Counted from the first letter of the stretch, positions 23,725 through 36,401 are shown. The stretch: DNA of 64,000 nt from Octopus sinensis (GCF_006345805.1 NC_043016.1:8060001-8124000), one strand, 5' to 3'. Notes: a model not told the origin generated them from the letters alone. Made by a program: numbers and translations.

Positions 23725-24900
23725 TTGTCTAACTACTTAGACAACCTTGACGTTAGTAGATTCTGCCCCACCAGGTCACAGAGGGGAAGACCACCCGGCA
23801 TCACCTCAGCAGTGAAGAAAAGCCCCACAGAGCGCTTGAGTGTCTGAACCATACCAACCCAGAACCCTGAGAACAACAGTCAGGTGAAAAGAATGATGGT
23901 TCATGCAGTAGGGGCTAGCATAAGAACCACCTTGAAGAGACACATAGTAAAGTTTAACAGGAAACTATACATGCAGGTTCAAGGTGCGGCCATTGGTGTC
24001 GGTGTGGCTAGAGATGTGGCCAGCTTCTTCATGACCTGGTGGGACAGAAAACTTAAAGAATCCTTAGCAGAACAATCTACAACTATGTTACTTTACTGTA
24101 GGTATGTAGATGACATTAATATTTTACTTAGGACAAACTCCAGTAACTGCAGTGTGGAAACCAAGAGGAGTATAATGGAGAGCATCCAGCACTAAAGTAT
24201 CAAATTAAGTATAGATAGCATCATATGTAACGAAACCAGTGGTACCTGCCCTAGATATAGAAGTAAAGACTAGAATAGGATATAAAGAGTTTGTGACAAA
24301 GTAAACAGGGTGAACACATGGTATAAAACCGACAAATATCAAGGAGTGATGTTTGTTGAAGCCACAGCACATGGAGAACTAGCCTGAAGATTTAGGAAAG
24401 CTGTGAAGGAGGCCAAACTCAACATTAAGATCGTTGAAAAGCCAGGGAGTTCCGTTAGATCATGACTATGTAGGACACCGCATGCACAGATGATAACTGC
24501 ATAGTATATAAGATTAACCCTGGCATTATCTGTAGAACTAGAAATGTAGTCTACAGCATAAGGTGCATAGAATGTGCTTGTAAAGACAAGAACATGACAT
24601 ACATTGGTGAAACATCTAGAAGCATTGCGGAGAGACTAAATGACCATTTGAAACAATTTGACAACAAAAAACAGTCCTCCATGTCAAAGACCAACTTGTC
24701 AAAGACCAACTTGTCAAAGACTAACATGGAGGGAGGCACACTGGGTTAATGTGAGATCTACATTTTATCCAAGCACCAAAGGACCCAACACTCAGACAAG
24801 TACAGGAGTATGTCCTCATAAATGAAACATCCCCAGTACTAAATGGGAAATATACATAGAAGGTAGTCGTACTCCAATACCCACAGTTTATATATGCACA
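23725..24900 (+). mobile_element. Penelope-like retroelement (RT + C-terminal GIY-YIG endonuclease), decayed
   Basis: One frame reads GRPPGITS...HIVKFNRKLYMQVQGAAIG...WWD...RYVDDI (YVDD at 24103-24114); downstream CTDDNCIVY..PGIICRTRNVVYSIRC..TYIGETSRSIAERLNDH and RQVQEYVLINETSPVLN; stops, frameshifts and an apparent internal deletion. Confidence 0.9.
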
Positions 24901-25094
24901 GGTAGAGTTGTTAGTAGGCTGTTATGTACATGTATATATATGTGTATGTGTTTATGTGTTGGTAAATGGATATGTAAGTAAACAGATAAGGAGGTACATA
25001 GGTAATGCGGACACATACACACAGTACATACAAACAAATACACATGCAATATTTATATATATATATATATATATATTATATATGTATATACACA

Positions 25095-25495
25095 TATTTT
25101 GCCTTGTTTCAGTCATCGGACTGCAGCCAGGCACTGTCTTGAAGGAGTTTGCTCAAACAAATCAAACTATTTATATTTAAGCCTGGTACTTATTCTATCA
25201 GTGTCTTATACCAAACTTCTAAGTTACAGGAACATAAACAAACCAACACTGTTGTCAAGTGATGGTGGTGGTGGGAGATAAATGTAAACACATTAACTAA
25301 TTAACTAACTAACTAACACACATATATGGACAATAGGCTTCTTTCAGTTTCCATCTACCAAGTCCACACATAAGACATTGTTTGTGTTTGTAGCTAATGT
25401 AGAAAAACACCCAAGATACTGTGCTATGGGTCTGAACCCAAGACCACATGGTTAGGAAAGCAAGCTTCTCAACCATTAGGCCACCCCTATGCCTA
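25095..25495 (-). mobile_element. Family B SINE, diverged
   Basis: ttgtttcagtcatcggactgcagcc...ggcttctttcagtttccatctacc...ctatgcctata. Confidence 0.75.
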
Positions 25496-26049
25496 TATTA
25501 TATATATATATTATATATTATATATATATATATTAGATACTTATGAAATTAATATTCATGTTCCTTTGTTTTTCGTTTTGTTAATAGTAATTATATATCT
25601 CCCTCAAAAAAACAAACCTTTCTCCCTCTACTAACTTTGATGTTATAGAAAAAGCAGCCGCTATGGGTCTTGACATCCAGTTTGAATGCCTGTGACTTGT
25701 ATGTGACTATTTGCGGTAACAACCACCTTTCTTAGCAATGACATACCAGCCATTCCAGATGTCCACTGAATTATGAAACGACCACTTTCGAAAATGCTGC
25801 TGTTGCTGCCATGGTAGGAGCCACAGCAGTAGATTGGTAGAACCAGTAGAGCATAGGACACTATTTTTTATTAGTTTAATAGCACTTTATGTTCTGAGTT
25901 CAAATCCTTCTAAGGCTGATTTTTCACTTTTCTTCTGTATGCTGGGTTGATAAAATATAATACCAGTCAAGCAAAAATACTAGGGATGATATAATCAATT
26001 AACCCACTCTATGTAAATTTTGGGCCTTGTGCCTACTTCAGAAATAACT

Positions 26050-26617
26050 AGGTTAGCAGACTGGCAGAACTGTTAGTGTTGGACATAGTGGTGGTGCCTT
26101 GTGGTTTTTCAACTCTTTACATTCCGGGTTCTAGTCCTTTCAAGGTCAACTTAGCCTTTTCATCCCCTTTGTATTGATAAAATGAGGTAGCAGTTTAACT
26201 GATCAACCCTTCTTGAATTTGAAGCCCTTTTCCTATGTTACAAAATAATCGTTATTATAGGTGCAAGTGTGGCTGCATGATATGAAGTTTGCTTCACAAC
26301 TACATAGATAAGTGACTTCTACTATAGATTTCGGCCAGCCAAAGCCTTGTGAGTGGATTTGTTACATAGAAACTGTAAAAAGCTCAACTCTCATGTGTGT
26401 GTGTGTGTGTGTGTGTTAGTTCCTCACCATCTCTTGCAGTTTGACAACTGGTATTGCCTTGTTCATGTCTCTGTAATTTCATAGTTTGGCATAAGAAACT
26501 GATAAAATAAGTACCAAGTTTTTTAAAATAAATACCAGGGAGAATTCCTTTGGTTTAAAACCCTTCGAGGCAGTACCCCGGCATGGCTGAAATCTAGTAC
26601 CTGAAACAAGTAAAAGA
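26050..26617 (+). mobile_element. Diverged family A (26050-26260) followed by family B (26260-26617)
   Basis: Recognisable heads, bodies and the tail cctgaaacaagtaaaagag. Confidence 0.65.
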
Positions 26618-26849
26618 GACAAGATTTCTTCATTTCTTTTAATGCAACTCCACCTTCAGTCGATCAAATCAATTCCAATATTTTATTTTAAATCTGAGCA
26701 TTTAGTTTGCTGTTTTTTTTGTTGTTTTTTTTTTACCAAAGCACTACATTACCTAGAAGTAAGCAAACCAGCGCCTGTTATGTGATGAGGGCACAAACAG
26801 ATGCAGACTCACAAACACGCATATATATATTTATATATACTCTTTACCA

Positions 26850-26982
26850 ACATCGACTTTGCCTTTCGTCCTTTCAAGGTTGATAAATTGAGTACCAGTG
26901 AAACACTTGGGTCAATGTAACCGACTAACTCCCTCCTCTAAAATTTCAGGCCTTGTGCCTATAATAGAAAGGATTATTATTA

Positions 26983-27016
<34 letters not shown>

Positions 27017-27250
27017 GGCAGAATTGTTAGCTTGCTGGGCAAAGTGTTTAGTGCTTTTTCATCTGTCTCTACCCTCTGAGTTCAAATTCTGCCGAGGTTG
27101 TCTTTGCTTTTCATCCTTTTGGGGTCAGTAACATAAATACCAATTGAGCACTGGGTGGGTCAATGTAATCAACTTACTCCCTCCCCCAAGATTACTGGCT
27201 TTGTGCCGAAATATGAAACCATTATTATTGTTATGATTATTATTATTATT
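26850..27250 (+). mobile_element. Two family A copies with (ATT)n-type tail, head-to-tail
   Basis: ...aaaatttcaggccttgtgcctataatagaaagg(att)n directly followed by aaggcagaattgttagc. Confidence 0.8.
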
Positions 27251-27563
27251 ATGATGATTATGATGATGTTAGCAATGATAAAAAGTTATAATATTAGTAG
27301 ATAAATGAAATAGATTGTTTAACCTCATTCTTCTATCTTCTGGGTGTTCAAATTCCACTAAAATACACTCCTGCTTGGTAAAATAGGTTGGTGTTGTTGT
27401 TTAGCTCCATACCAGTGCTGACTGAACAAAGTTGTATAATCAAAGGTATTTCAGCTATGATCATTCCATCTTTTTCTTTATCAGATAAGGTTGTAATATG
27501 AGGGAGATTTAGAGGCCATCCTACCAAATTGTTTTTCTAAAATGGCCTTGTACCTAGTCAAAA

Positions 27564-27564
<1 letters not shown>

Positions 27565-27626
<62 letters not shown>

Positions 27627-28155
27627 GAGCAAGAGAGCAATTCATGCCATCAAAGTGACACTGGGGTAAAATACATGAGGCCCAATATACCCATCGTAAC
27701 TACCTGTCAGGTAGGGGTCCATCAGGCACATGCATCGCAGCATCACAACCAAATGTGCACAACATGCTGTGATGCTGATCTCATATCAAGATAAACGGTG
27801 CATGACAATGCAGGTAGGGCACTTTTGGAATTTTCTTCAGGTTGAGTAGCCCATCCTGCCCAAAAGGGCCCTGAATAAGGGTTGTTTAAGGCTGCTAATT
27901 TAAACAACCATATTTCCAGAGGTGAATTATTCAAACCCCACAAAGAATCCCTCTCAACACATGGTTATGATGCTCTCCCACTACTACTGCTCATGATCAG
28001 AGATGCACATATCGTCAGCCACTAAGGGACATGCTCAACTGGTTATCGTCAAACAACTGATGAGCAAATCTGTGGTATTGGCAGAATATTGCTGTAGCCC
28101 ATCTTTTATACCAAGACAACAATGTACATGATAACACTTCCAATCAGTTAAGATT
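27565..28155 (-). mobile_element. Interspersed retroelement-like repeat ending in (AAT)n
   Basis: About 530 bp of complex non-coding sequence abutting a 60-bp (att)n tract; recognised from memory as a common octopus repeat; class not determined. Confidence 0.5.
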
Positions 28156-28648
28156 ATTATTATTATTTTTATTATTATTATTATTATTATTGTATATTAT
28201 TATTATATTATTAATGGTGGTGGTGGTAGTGTTATAGCAGTAGTAAAATCACTGAGGTCTGTGTCTCTGGATTCACTTGTATGACATTCTTGACAATAAT
28301 ATCTGTAATTTCTCTCCAGGGCCCTTATTATGAATTGTAGTTACATCCAAAATTACTAATATACCATTCTTCTTAGTATTCTTACATCATTGAAAACTAT
28401 GTCTTTGAATTCACATGTTCATATTTCTGGCAAGGTAATTTTTCATCATGTTTACCATTCATAATGTCCTGTGGACCACAGTTGGATCATAACTCATTAG
28501 AAATGGCAGCCAAATTTCCCTAACCTCACACCTTCCTAAAACAATATCCTATTATCTTGGATATATGATTAATAGGGATGTTCGTTATTAGAATACTTTT
28601 AATCATGGGTCTACTCAATTAAGGTGAAAACTGTAGAGAAACCTGTCA

Positions 28649-28697
<49 letters not shown>

Positions 28698-28700
28698 AAT

Positions 28701-29290
28701 ACTGGCTGATGTGTGGTAAGTAGCTTGCTTACCAACCACATGGTTCCAGGTTCAGTCCCACTGCGTGGCACCTGGGCAAGTGTCTTCTACTATAGCTCGG
28801 GGCCGACCAAAGCCTTGTCAGTGGATTTGGTATACGGAAACTGAAAGAAGCCCATCGTATATATGTATGAATATATATATATATATATTATATATATATA
28901 ATACACTGGCTGTGTGGTAAGTAGCTTGCTTACCAACCACATGGTTCCAGGTTCAGTCCCACTGCGTGGCACCTTGGGCAAGTGTCTTCTACTATAGCCT
29001 CGGGCCGACCAAAGCCTTGTCAGTGGATTTGGTATACGGAAACTGAAAGAAGCCCATCGTATATATGTATGAATATATATATATATGTGTGTCTGTGTTT
29101 GTCCCCCCAACATCGCTTGACAACCAATGCTGGTGTGTTTACGTCATCGTAACTTAGCAGTTCAGCAAAAGAAACCGATAGAATAAGTACTAGGCTTACA
29201 AAGAATAAGTCCTGAGGTCGAATTGCTCGACTAAAGGCGGTGCTCCAGCATGGCCACAGTCACATGACTGAAATAAGTAAAAGAGCAAAA
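28701..29290 (+). mobile_element. Family B SINE with a tandem duplication of its 5' half
   Basis: 28701-28904 repeats at 28905 with shared private variants (ccttgtcagtgg, ggtatacgg). Confidence 0.9.
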
Positions 29291-30519
29291 GAGCATGCAT
29301 TTGTATGTATTTGTCCCCCACCATTGCTTGACAACTGGCATTGGTGCTTCTACATCCCCATAACCTTGCAGTTCAGCAAATGAGACCAATAGAGTTAAGT
29401 ACCAAGCTTCAAACAATGTTGTGGGAGTGATTCATTTGACCTAAATTCTTTGATGTGGCGCTGCAGTCTAATGACTGAACCAAGTAGGAGAGATAGAAGG
29501 TATGATGAATTACCATTCTTTTATGATGATTTTTTTTGTGTGTGGAATGTTAAATATTTTCATTTTCCTGTCAAAGCAAGACATTTTTCTTTTTTATATA
29601 ATTTTATTGTATCACTTTTTTTTTCCCCCCCTCATACAAAAAGTTTGTGCCTGCCAGGCTTCAGTTTTATCAAACAGCCAGGTATATGATATCTTCAAGG
29701 TTACAAAACAGTTCAATAAATTCGATAAAGTCTATTTCACCTAGCCCTGAAACTCTCTTACTCTCGCCCTCTCCTTCTGCATTTTAGAATTCTTTTTTCC
29801 TTAACATACTAACAACTCATACACTTTATGCTTGACCGCATTCAGTCACTGGCCATTTGTCACACAGTCACGCACTGCTTCCACTGGAGTTTCTCATTAA
29901 AGATATGCTTTAAAAAAGGGAGAGGGGCTGCCAGAGGGCAGTAACAGTATAGAAATAGTATTGACACTTAACAAGTCCTTAACAAAAACATTTAGTTTTT
30001 CTTTTTTTATTCAGCCCTGGCTGTTTGTCTGCCCCGTTTAATTGTCTAGATAGCTATACATCTATACATCAATCTGTCTTCATATCTGTTTATATACATA
30101 TGTAGATAGATTGACAGCGAGTTAGACAGAGACCCATATAATAAAGACAAGTAGACAGATAGGTAGGTAGGTACATCTGTGCCTATCTATGTACCAGCCT
30201 GTTTGTCACTCTGTCTCCTTTTACCTGTTTACCTGTCTGTTAATCTAGCCTTCTGGTAGTCTACTTAGCTGTCTGCCTAGCTAATTAGCTGTCAGTCTGT
30301 CTGTACTTACCTGTCTATTTGTCTACAGAACGACATATCAGTCTGCATAGCCTTTTGTCTTCTTACTTTTCACCCTTTCTATATACCTAGCTGTGGCTGT
30401 ATCTCTTTGCCTGTGGCTTTTAAAACTGGTAGTTGAAAGTGTTTCATTTCATTACTACTTTATTTATCAACCTTAAAAGGATGGATATCTATGTTGACCT
30501 TTGTCATAACGATGCTAAT

Positions 30520-30737
30520 TATAATTGTTCTTGGCACAAGGCCTAAAATTTTGTGGGGCAGAGTTTGTTGATTTAATCAGCTTCCAGTGCTCGACTGGTT
30601 CTTATTTTATCAACCCCCCAAAAAATGAAAGGCTAAGTCTACCTCAGCAAAATATGAACTCAGAATCTAAAGACAGACGAAATGCTAATAAGCATTTTGT
30701 CTTGTGTTCTAATAATTCTGCCAGCTTGCAGCCTTAA
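30520..30737 (-). mobile_element. Family A SINE ((ATT)n-tail variant)
   Basis: Reverse complement head aaggctgcaagctggcagaa next to (aat)n. Confidence 0.75.
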
Positions 30738-31189
30738 TAATAATAATAATAATAATAATTATTATATTATATTATTATGATAATGATGATGATTGCTAAT
30801 ATTTGTACAAAGTCACAAACTTTTAGAAGCTGGCTATATTTGATTTGAATCAATGCTAGTTCATTACTGGTACATATTTTATTGGGCCTGGCTCAATCAG
30901 AGATGGAAGAGCAGTGCTTAAAGATTTGTTTTGGGGGCTCCAAGACTGGTAGGAGGGTGAAAGGGAGAGATGATGGAATTATTTATCATTGAAAACCTAG
31001 ACCTAGATACTTACAATAGAGTGGGCTCTTCTAAAGACATTACCCAAGAACCATATAGTTGCATTGTTACAGCAAGTTATCAATTATATCTACCACCCAG
31101 CAGCAGGAATGGTCTCTGTAACATGCTTCTATGAGAGGAAAGCGAGGTTGATACTGCACGGATCTCCACTTTAAAGTCATCATGCAAGT

Positions 31190-32023
31190 CATCAATCGTC
31201 CTTAAGGATGATTTAGCTGCTCCTTGGGATGAGTCGGACAACTGTATCAATGATTGTACATAATAAGGACAAGATTTTATCACATATCAAATCTGAAACC
31301 CCTGGGATGAAGAACACTGTTATCAATAAGAAAAGAGGCAAAATCTTTGAAGAAATGGTAAGTCTCCTTTCTCTTTGGATTGTTAGGTTGAATCGTCAGC
31401 GTGCTACTATTAGTCAAGAAATCATTCAAGAGAAAGTGTTGTCTTTGTTTGAGGTCCCGAAGAAAAATATCCAGATGAGAAAGATGTAGAGTTCAAGGCA
31501 AGTCAAGGATGGTTCATGAGATTTAAGGAGCGAAGAAGTTATCACTCCATTAAGAAGCAAGGTGAAAGTGCATCAGCTGACAAACAAGCAGCAGTGGAAT
31601 TTCCTATTTAAATTATTTTAGTTTTTTTTTTTTACTATTGCAAAATAATAATTACAGAATGTGTTTTTTAAGCTTAAAAAAAAAAAAGGCTTTTATTTTA
31701 TCATGTCTTATTGCAAACCACATTCATAAATAAAGCATCCACGATGTATGGTAAACACTGCCAAATTGAATTTGTAAATTTTGATTACTTTTCTTTTACT
31801 GTACTGTATTAAAAAATAAAAATTACTTGGTTGTAAGCTTAAAATAGGTTTTTATTAACCATTTATTATTGAAAATGCATTCGTAAATAAAATACAGAAC
31901 TGGGAATGGTAATTATTGATTTAGCCTGGAGACAAGTAAATTCAGCCTAGCCTAGAGACAAGTTAATTCGACTTAAGTCGTGTCTCTTGGAACCAGTTAA
32001 TGACGTAGGGCGAGATATGCCTG
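31190..32023 (+). mobile_element. Tigger/pogo-type DNA transposon remnant (CENP-B-like HTH part + 3' TIR)
   Basis: ORF 31229-31489 MSRTTVSMIVHNKDKI...LSLWI...ISQEIIQEK, frameshifted into EFKASQGWFMRFKERRS...GESASAD; terminal gacgtagggcgagatatgcctg fits a CAG-starting TIR. Confidence 0.82.
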
Positions 32024-32279
32024 TGTGTGTATGTATGTATATATATATATATATATATATATAATCACCAACATATGCATGTACAGGGCGACTCAAGTGT
32101 TTGTAATTCATTTATGTTTAAATTTACTGCACCACATACAATATGTATATAGGAAATATATGTATGTTAGGTTTGAAAAATCACATCTGGTATACTACAA
32201 ATAAAAAAAAATTTAATTAAAACAAATTTATGAAAATTTTAGACCCCTTTGTGACTTTGTGGCCACCATGTACTTGTTT

Positions 32280-32495
32280 GTATGTTTGTGTCTCCTTGTC
32301 TTGACATCCATGTGTGTTTGTAAATGGATGTCATTCATTTCCAATATACTGCAAAAACATGTCTGGCCATGGATAAATATTTAGTCTGCTTGGAAACAGG
32401 TAGAAGGTTGGTGACATGAAGGGCATCTGACTGTGAAAAAAATCTACCTCAGTAAACTCCAACCCATGCATGCATGGAAATGTGGACATTATAAC
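32280..32495 (+). mobile_element. Family R-related element (variant body)
   Basis: ggttggtgacatgaagggcatctg...ccaacccatgcatgcatggaaatgtggacatt + gatgat; similar copy at 63040-63245. Confidence 0.7.
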
Positions 32496-32860
32496 GATGA
32501 TGAGGAGGAGGACGAAGAAGAGGAAGATGGTGAAGAAAAGGAAGATGATGAACAGGAAGAAGAGAAAGATGAAGAAAAGGATGATGATGATGAAGAAGAG
32601 GAAGATGATGAACAGGAAGAAGAAGAGAAAGATGAAGAAAAGGAAGATGATGAGGAAGATGAAGAAAAGGAAGATGAAGAAGAGGAAGATGATGAACAGG
32701 AAGAAGAGAAAGATGAAGAAAAGGAAGATGAAGAAGAGGAAGATGATGAACAGGAAGAAGAAGAGAAAGATGAAGAAAAGGAAGATGATGAAGAAGAGGA
32801 TGAACAGGAAGAAGAAGAGAAAGATGATGAGGAAGAAGATGATGAAGAAGAGGAAGGAGA
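32495..32860 (+). repeat. GAA/GAT/GAG trinucleotide-derived higher-order repeat (expanded SINE tail)
   Basis: gaagatgatgaacaggaagaagagaaagatgaagaaaag recurs about 4 times with ~63-66-bp spacing; translates as poly-E/D (ORF 32433-33008). Confidence 0.9.
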
Positions 32861-33487
32861 AGCTATGATAGAAGATTATTTCTTCAAGTGCCATGTAGTG
32901 CAGTTGAATGAAAACTATGGAGAACTGCAAGACAAATTCCTTACTCAAACAAACCATACATACATTCTGCTGGGACTTGAACTCAAAGGGGTAAAGGAGT
33001 GTAAATAATAGTAAACAGCAGAAAAGCATTCAGTCTATCTTTGCCACCACAAGCGTAGATAATAAAAACACCAAATATTTTTTTGAAGTACAGCCCCCCC
33101 CCCACTTCACAAAACTTTCTCTCCCTACAAACTGCTTTCTCCACCCAGGGACTACTCCCAGTGACTCACCCAGTGATCCTAACAATATCGTGTAGCTGTG
33201 TTTAAATCATCAATTTAGTTATTCCCTCAGTTGTGAGGTAAACTAAACGACTTCGTGTAGCCTTTATGATTTCAGCATGCTCTTTGCTAGTTAAAAGCAC
33301 ATGTATTATATAAGATAAATGATTAGGAAATGAGGTGATTGTATGTCATATAAAATGTGTATGTGTGTGTATGTTTGTATGCATATGTTTATGTATGTAT
33401 GTGTGTGTGTATATATATATACACACACACACACACATACATACATAAACATATGCATACATATATATATATATATATAATCTCTCT

Positions 33488-33843
33488 TTTACTTTTTACT
33501 TGTTTCAGTCATTTGACTGCGGCCATGCTGGAGCACCGCCTTTTTTTTAATCGAGCAACTCGACCCCGGGACTTATTTTTTTTGTAAGCCCAGTACTATT
33601 ATATCGGTCTCTTTTGCCGAACGCTAAGTGACGGGGACATAAACAAACCAGCATCGGTTGTCAAGCAATGCTAGGGGGGACAAACACACACACGGGCTTC
33701 TTTCAGTTTCCGTCTACCAAATCCACTCACAAGGCTTTGGTCGGCCCAAGGCTATAGTAGAAGACACTTGCCCAAGATGCCACGCAGTGGGACTGAACCC
33801 AGAACCATGTGGTTGGTAAGCAAGCTACTTACCACACAGCCAC
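33488..33843 (-). mobile_element. Family B SINE, full length
   Basis: tttacttgtttcagtcatttgactgcggcc...accacacagccac. Confidence 0.9.
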
Positions 33844-34169
33844 ATATATAATATACTATATATTATATATATATAAACATTTTAATATGACATTGTATGT
33901 TTTATTACACCAAATTTTTAATTTAAAAAATTTTACAAATGTTTTATGATTTTAAGCGTAAATTCAATGTGTTATATATGCAACACTGATTCTTATATAT
34001 ATATATTTTTATATGATATATATATATTATATATTACTATTTTTTAAACTTCGGACTTTGTATCTGTTCTGTAGATATATATGAATATATGTATGTGTTT
34101 GATCTTTCTGTGGATTTGTAATGTTCCTTTAGTTGCTGTTCACATAGCCTCCCCTCGGATTAATAAGTG

Positions 34170-34204
<35 letters not shown>

Positions 34205-34265
34205 GTGCATATGCATGTAGGTATGTGTATGTCTCTCTCTTAATCCACACACACACATGGATATA

Positions 34266-34773
34266 TCTATATATATAAAACTGTAGTTGTGTGAGTGTCT
34301 GTCTCTACGATTTAGATTCTAACTCCTCCCACATTTTGCGGTGCAGTTTAACCAAATTCGGGATCTTATAGTCGTGATTCATATCGAGCCCGTCTGAGTA
34401 TTAGCGCGCGTCTACGATGAGTCTACGATTTTAAAAATAATTTAACATCATTTTTTATTCCATTTTAATGCATAATTTTTCGTGTGTCGATGGCGGCGGA
34501 GTTGGCGTCCATGGTCATACCTGCACCTGTTTGCTTCTCCCCCTTTTCCCTCCTGGTGAAGCTGTGGGGAAGGGAGTGTAAGGAAATCAACGTCGTAAAG
34601 TGTTGTCAAGGAGACCAGCGTTCTTTTAGAACAACGACTTCATGGCTTGAAGACACCAAAACAGAAATGGCTAAGAAAGCCCGAATTGGCATCTATAAGG
34701 GAAGTAACTCTCTAAAAATGCTTATATAGTTATTTCCCTTACAAACCCAAGCAACGCTGGGAGATACTGCTAG
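34266..34773 (+). mobile_element. Non-autonomous Helitron, intact termini
   Basis: A|TC start (tctatatatataaaactg); 3' hairpin cccaagcaacgctggg (34746-34761) 8 nt before CTAG|T (34770-34774); no TSD. Confidence 0.85.
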
Positions 34774-35031
34774 TATATATATAAGGCGGTTCCGCAGCAT
34801 GGCCGTAGTCAGATGACAAAAACAAGTAAAAGAATATGTATGCATGTAAGAAAAAGGAGATGACAAAGGAACAGACATTTATCTTATGCACTTCACTAGC
34901 TTACAGCTGTTTCCACAGCTGGACCACAGTTGAGTGCCTGAGTAACACATTACACCTTCAATCAGAACCTGATCTATATCTATCTGTGTATATCTATCTG
35001 TATGTATGTATGTGTCTCTCTCTCTCACTCA

Positions 35032-35128
<97 letters not shown>

Positions 35129-35199
35129 CCCTCTTTGTAATGTGGCAAATGAAATAAGTATAAAAATGTACGTTGTCCATTAATTAAAAAAATTCTATA

Positions 35200-35286
35200 T
35201 GTGGCTGAAGATTGCTCGACATTTTAAAACTGATTGCAATACTTAGGTGTTAATAAAATGAAGTAGCATGAAACGATTGTACTACA
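35200..35286 (+). ncRNA. Type I hammerhead ribozyme motif with a 58-nt stem II insertion
   Basis: tgtgg CTGAAGA (35205-35211) ... GAAA (35270-35273) c-gatt-GTA ctaca; stem I 5 bp with one G.U; stem II tgct/agca and catttta/taaaatg; near-palindromic stem III. Confidence 0.7.
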
Positions 35287-35363
35287 CTACCTTGGATATC
35301 CTTGTTGCTTATTTTGATTATATATGTATGTAAGTATGTATGTATGTATGTATGTATGTACAT

Positions 35364-35750
35364 AGGTGCAGGAGTGGCTGTGTGGTAAGTATCTTCCTTA
35401 CCAATTACATAGTTCCGTGTTTAGTCCCACTGTGTGGCACATTGGGCAAGTGTCTTCTACTATTGGGCAAGTGTCTTCAGGCCAACCAAAGCCTTGTGAG
35501 TAGATTTGCTAGATGGAAACTGAAAGAAGCCCGTTCTATATATATGTGTGTTTGTGTGTCTGCGTTTGTCCACCCCACCCCAACAAACGCTTGTCAACCG
35601 GTGCTGGTGTGTTTACGCCCCCATAACTTAGAAGTTCGGCAAAAGAGACCGATAGGATGAGTACTCGGCTCACAAAGAATAAGTCCTGGGGGTCATTTTG
35701 TTCAACTAAAGTCAGTGCTCCAGCATGGCTGCAGTCAAATGACTGAATCA
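35364..35750 (+). mobile_element. Family B SINE
   Basis: ggtgcaggagtggctgtgtggtaag...gactgaatcaaaag. Confidence 0.85.
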
Positions 35751-35785
35751 AAAGAACACACACACACATACATATATAAGTGACT

Positions 35786-36018
35786 AAGGCAGTGAGCTGG
35801 CAGAAACATTAGCACACCTGGCAAAATGCGTATCTGTATTTCGTCTGCGGCTATGTTCTGAGTTCAAATTCTGCTGAGATCGACTTTGCCTTTCATCCTT
35901 TCGGGGTCGATAAATTAAGTACCAGTTATGCACTAGGGTCAATATAATCAACTTAATCCGTTTGTCTGTCCTTGTTTGTCCTCTCTGTGTTTAGCCCCTT
36001 GTGGGTAATAAAGAAATA
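35786..36018 (+). mobile_element. Family A SINE with 15-bp TSD
   Basis: catatataagtgact (35771-35785) and catatacaagtgact (36019-36033). Confidence 0.9.
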
Positions 36019-36338
36019 CATATACAAGTGACTAACCAAATTTATCAGCTGTTCACTCAGCGCTAGCAGACCAGCCTTAGGAATGTGAGAGGAACATTCA
36101 GACTCAATGATATATGTGTGTGTATTATACGTGTGTGGGTATAGATAGAGTGGTGAACCAATCTGCTCGCAAACCTCAAAAAGCGTACTCTCTACATAAA
36201 ATAGAGGATGTATATGTTATCAGAAGCTGAAGCTTCCTGAATTATTACTTTGAGTTTCACACTGGTAATTATTCAAATGATATTCAATTCATGAAGTATC
36301 AGGTTCTAATACTCTGTGTGTGTGTGTATATATATGAG

Positions 36339-36401
<63 letters not shown>

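Noticed and set aside
23865-24475. In-frame TGA codons in the Penelope-like element as selenocysteine
   Set aside because: They fall at W-like or hydrophobic positions (about 23865 and 24463), not Cys positions; TAA/TAG stops and frameshifts also occur; no SECIS identified.
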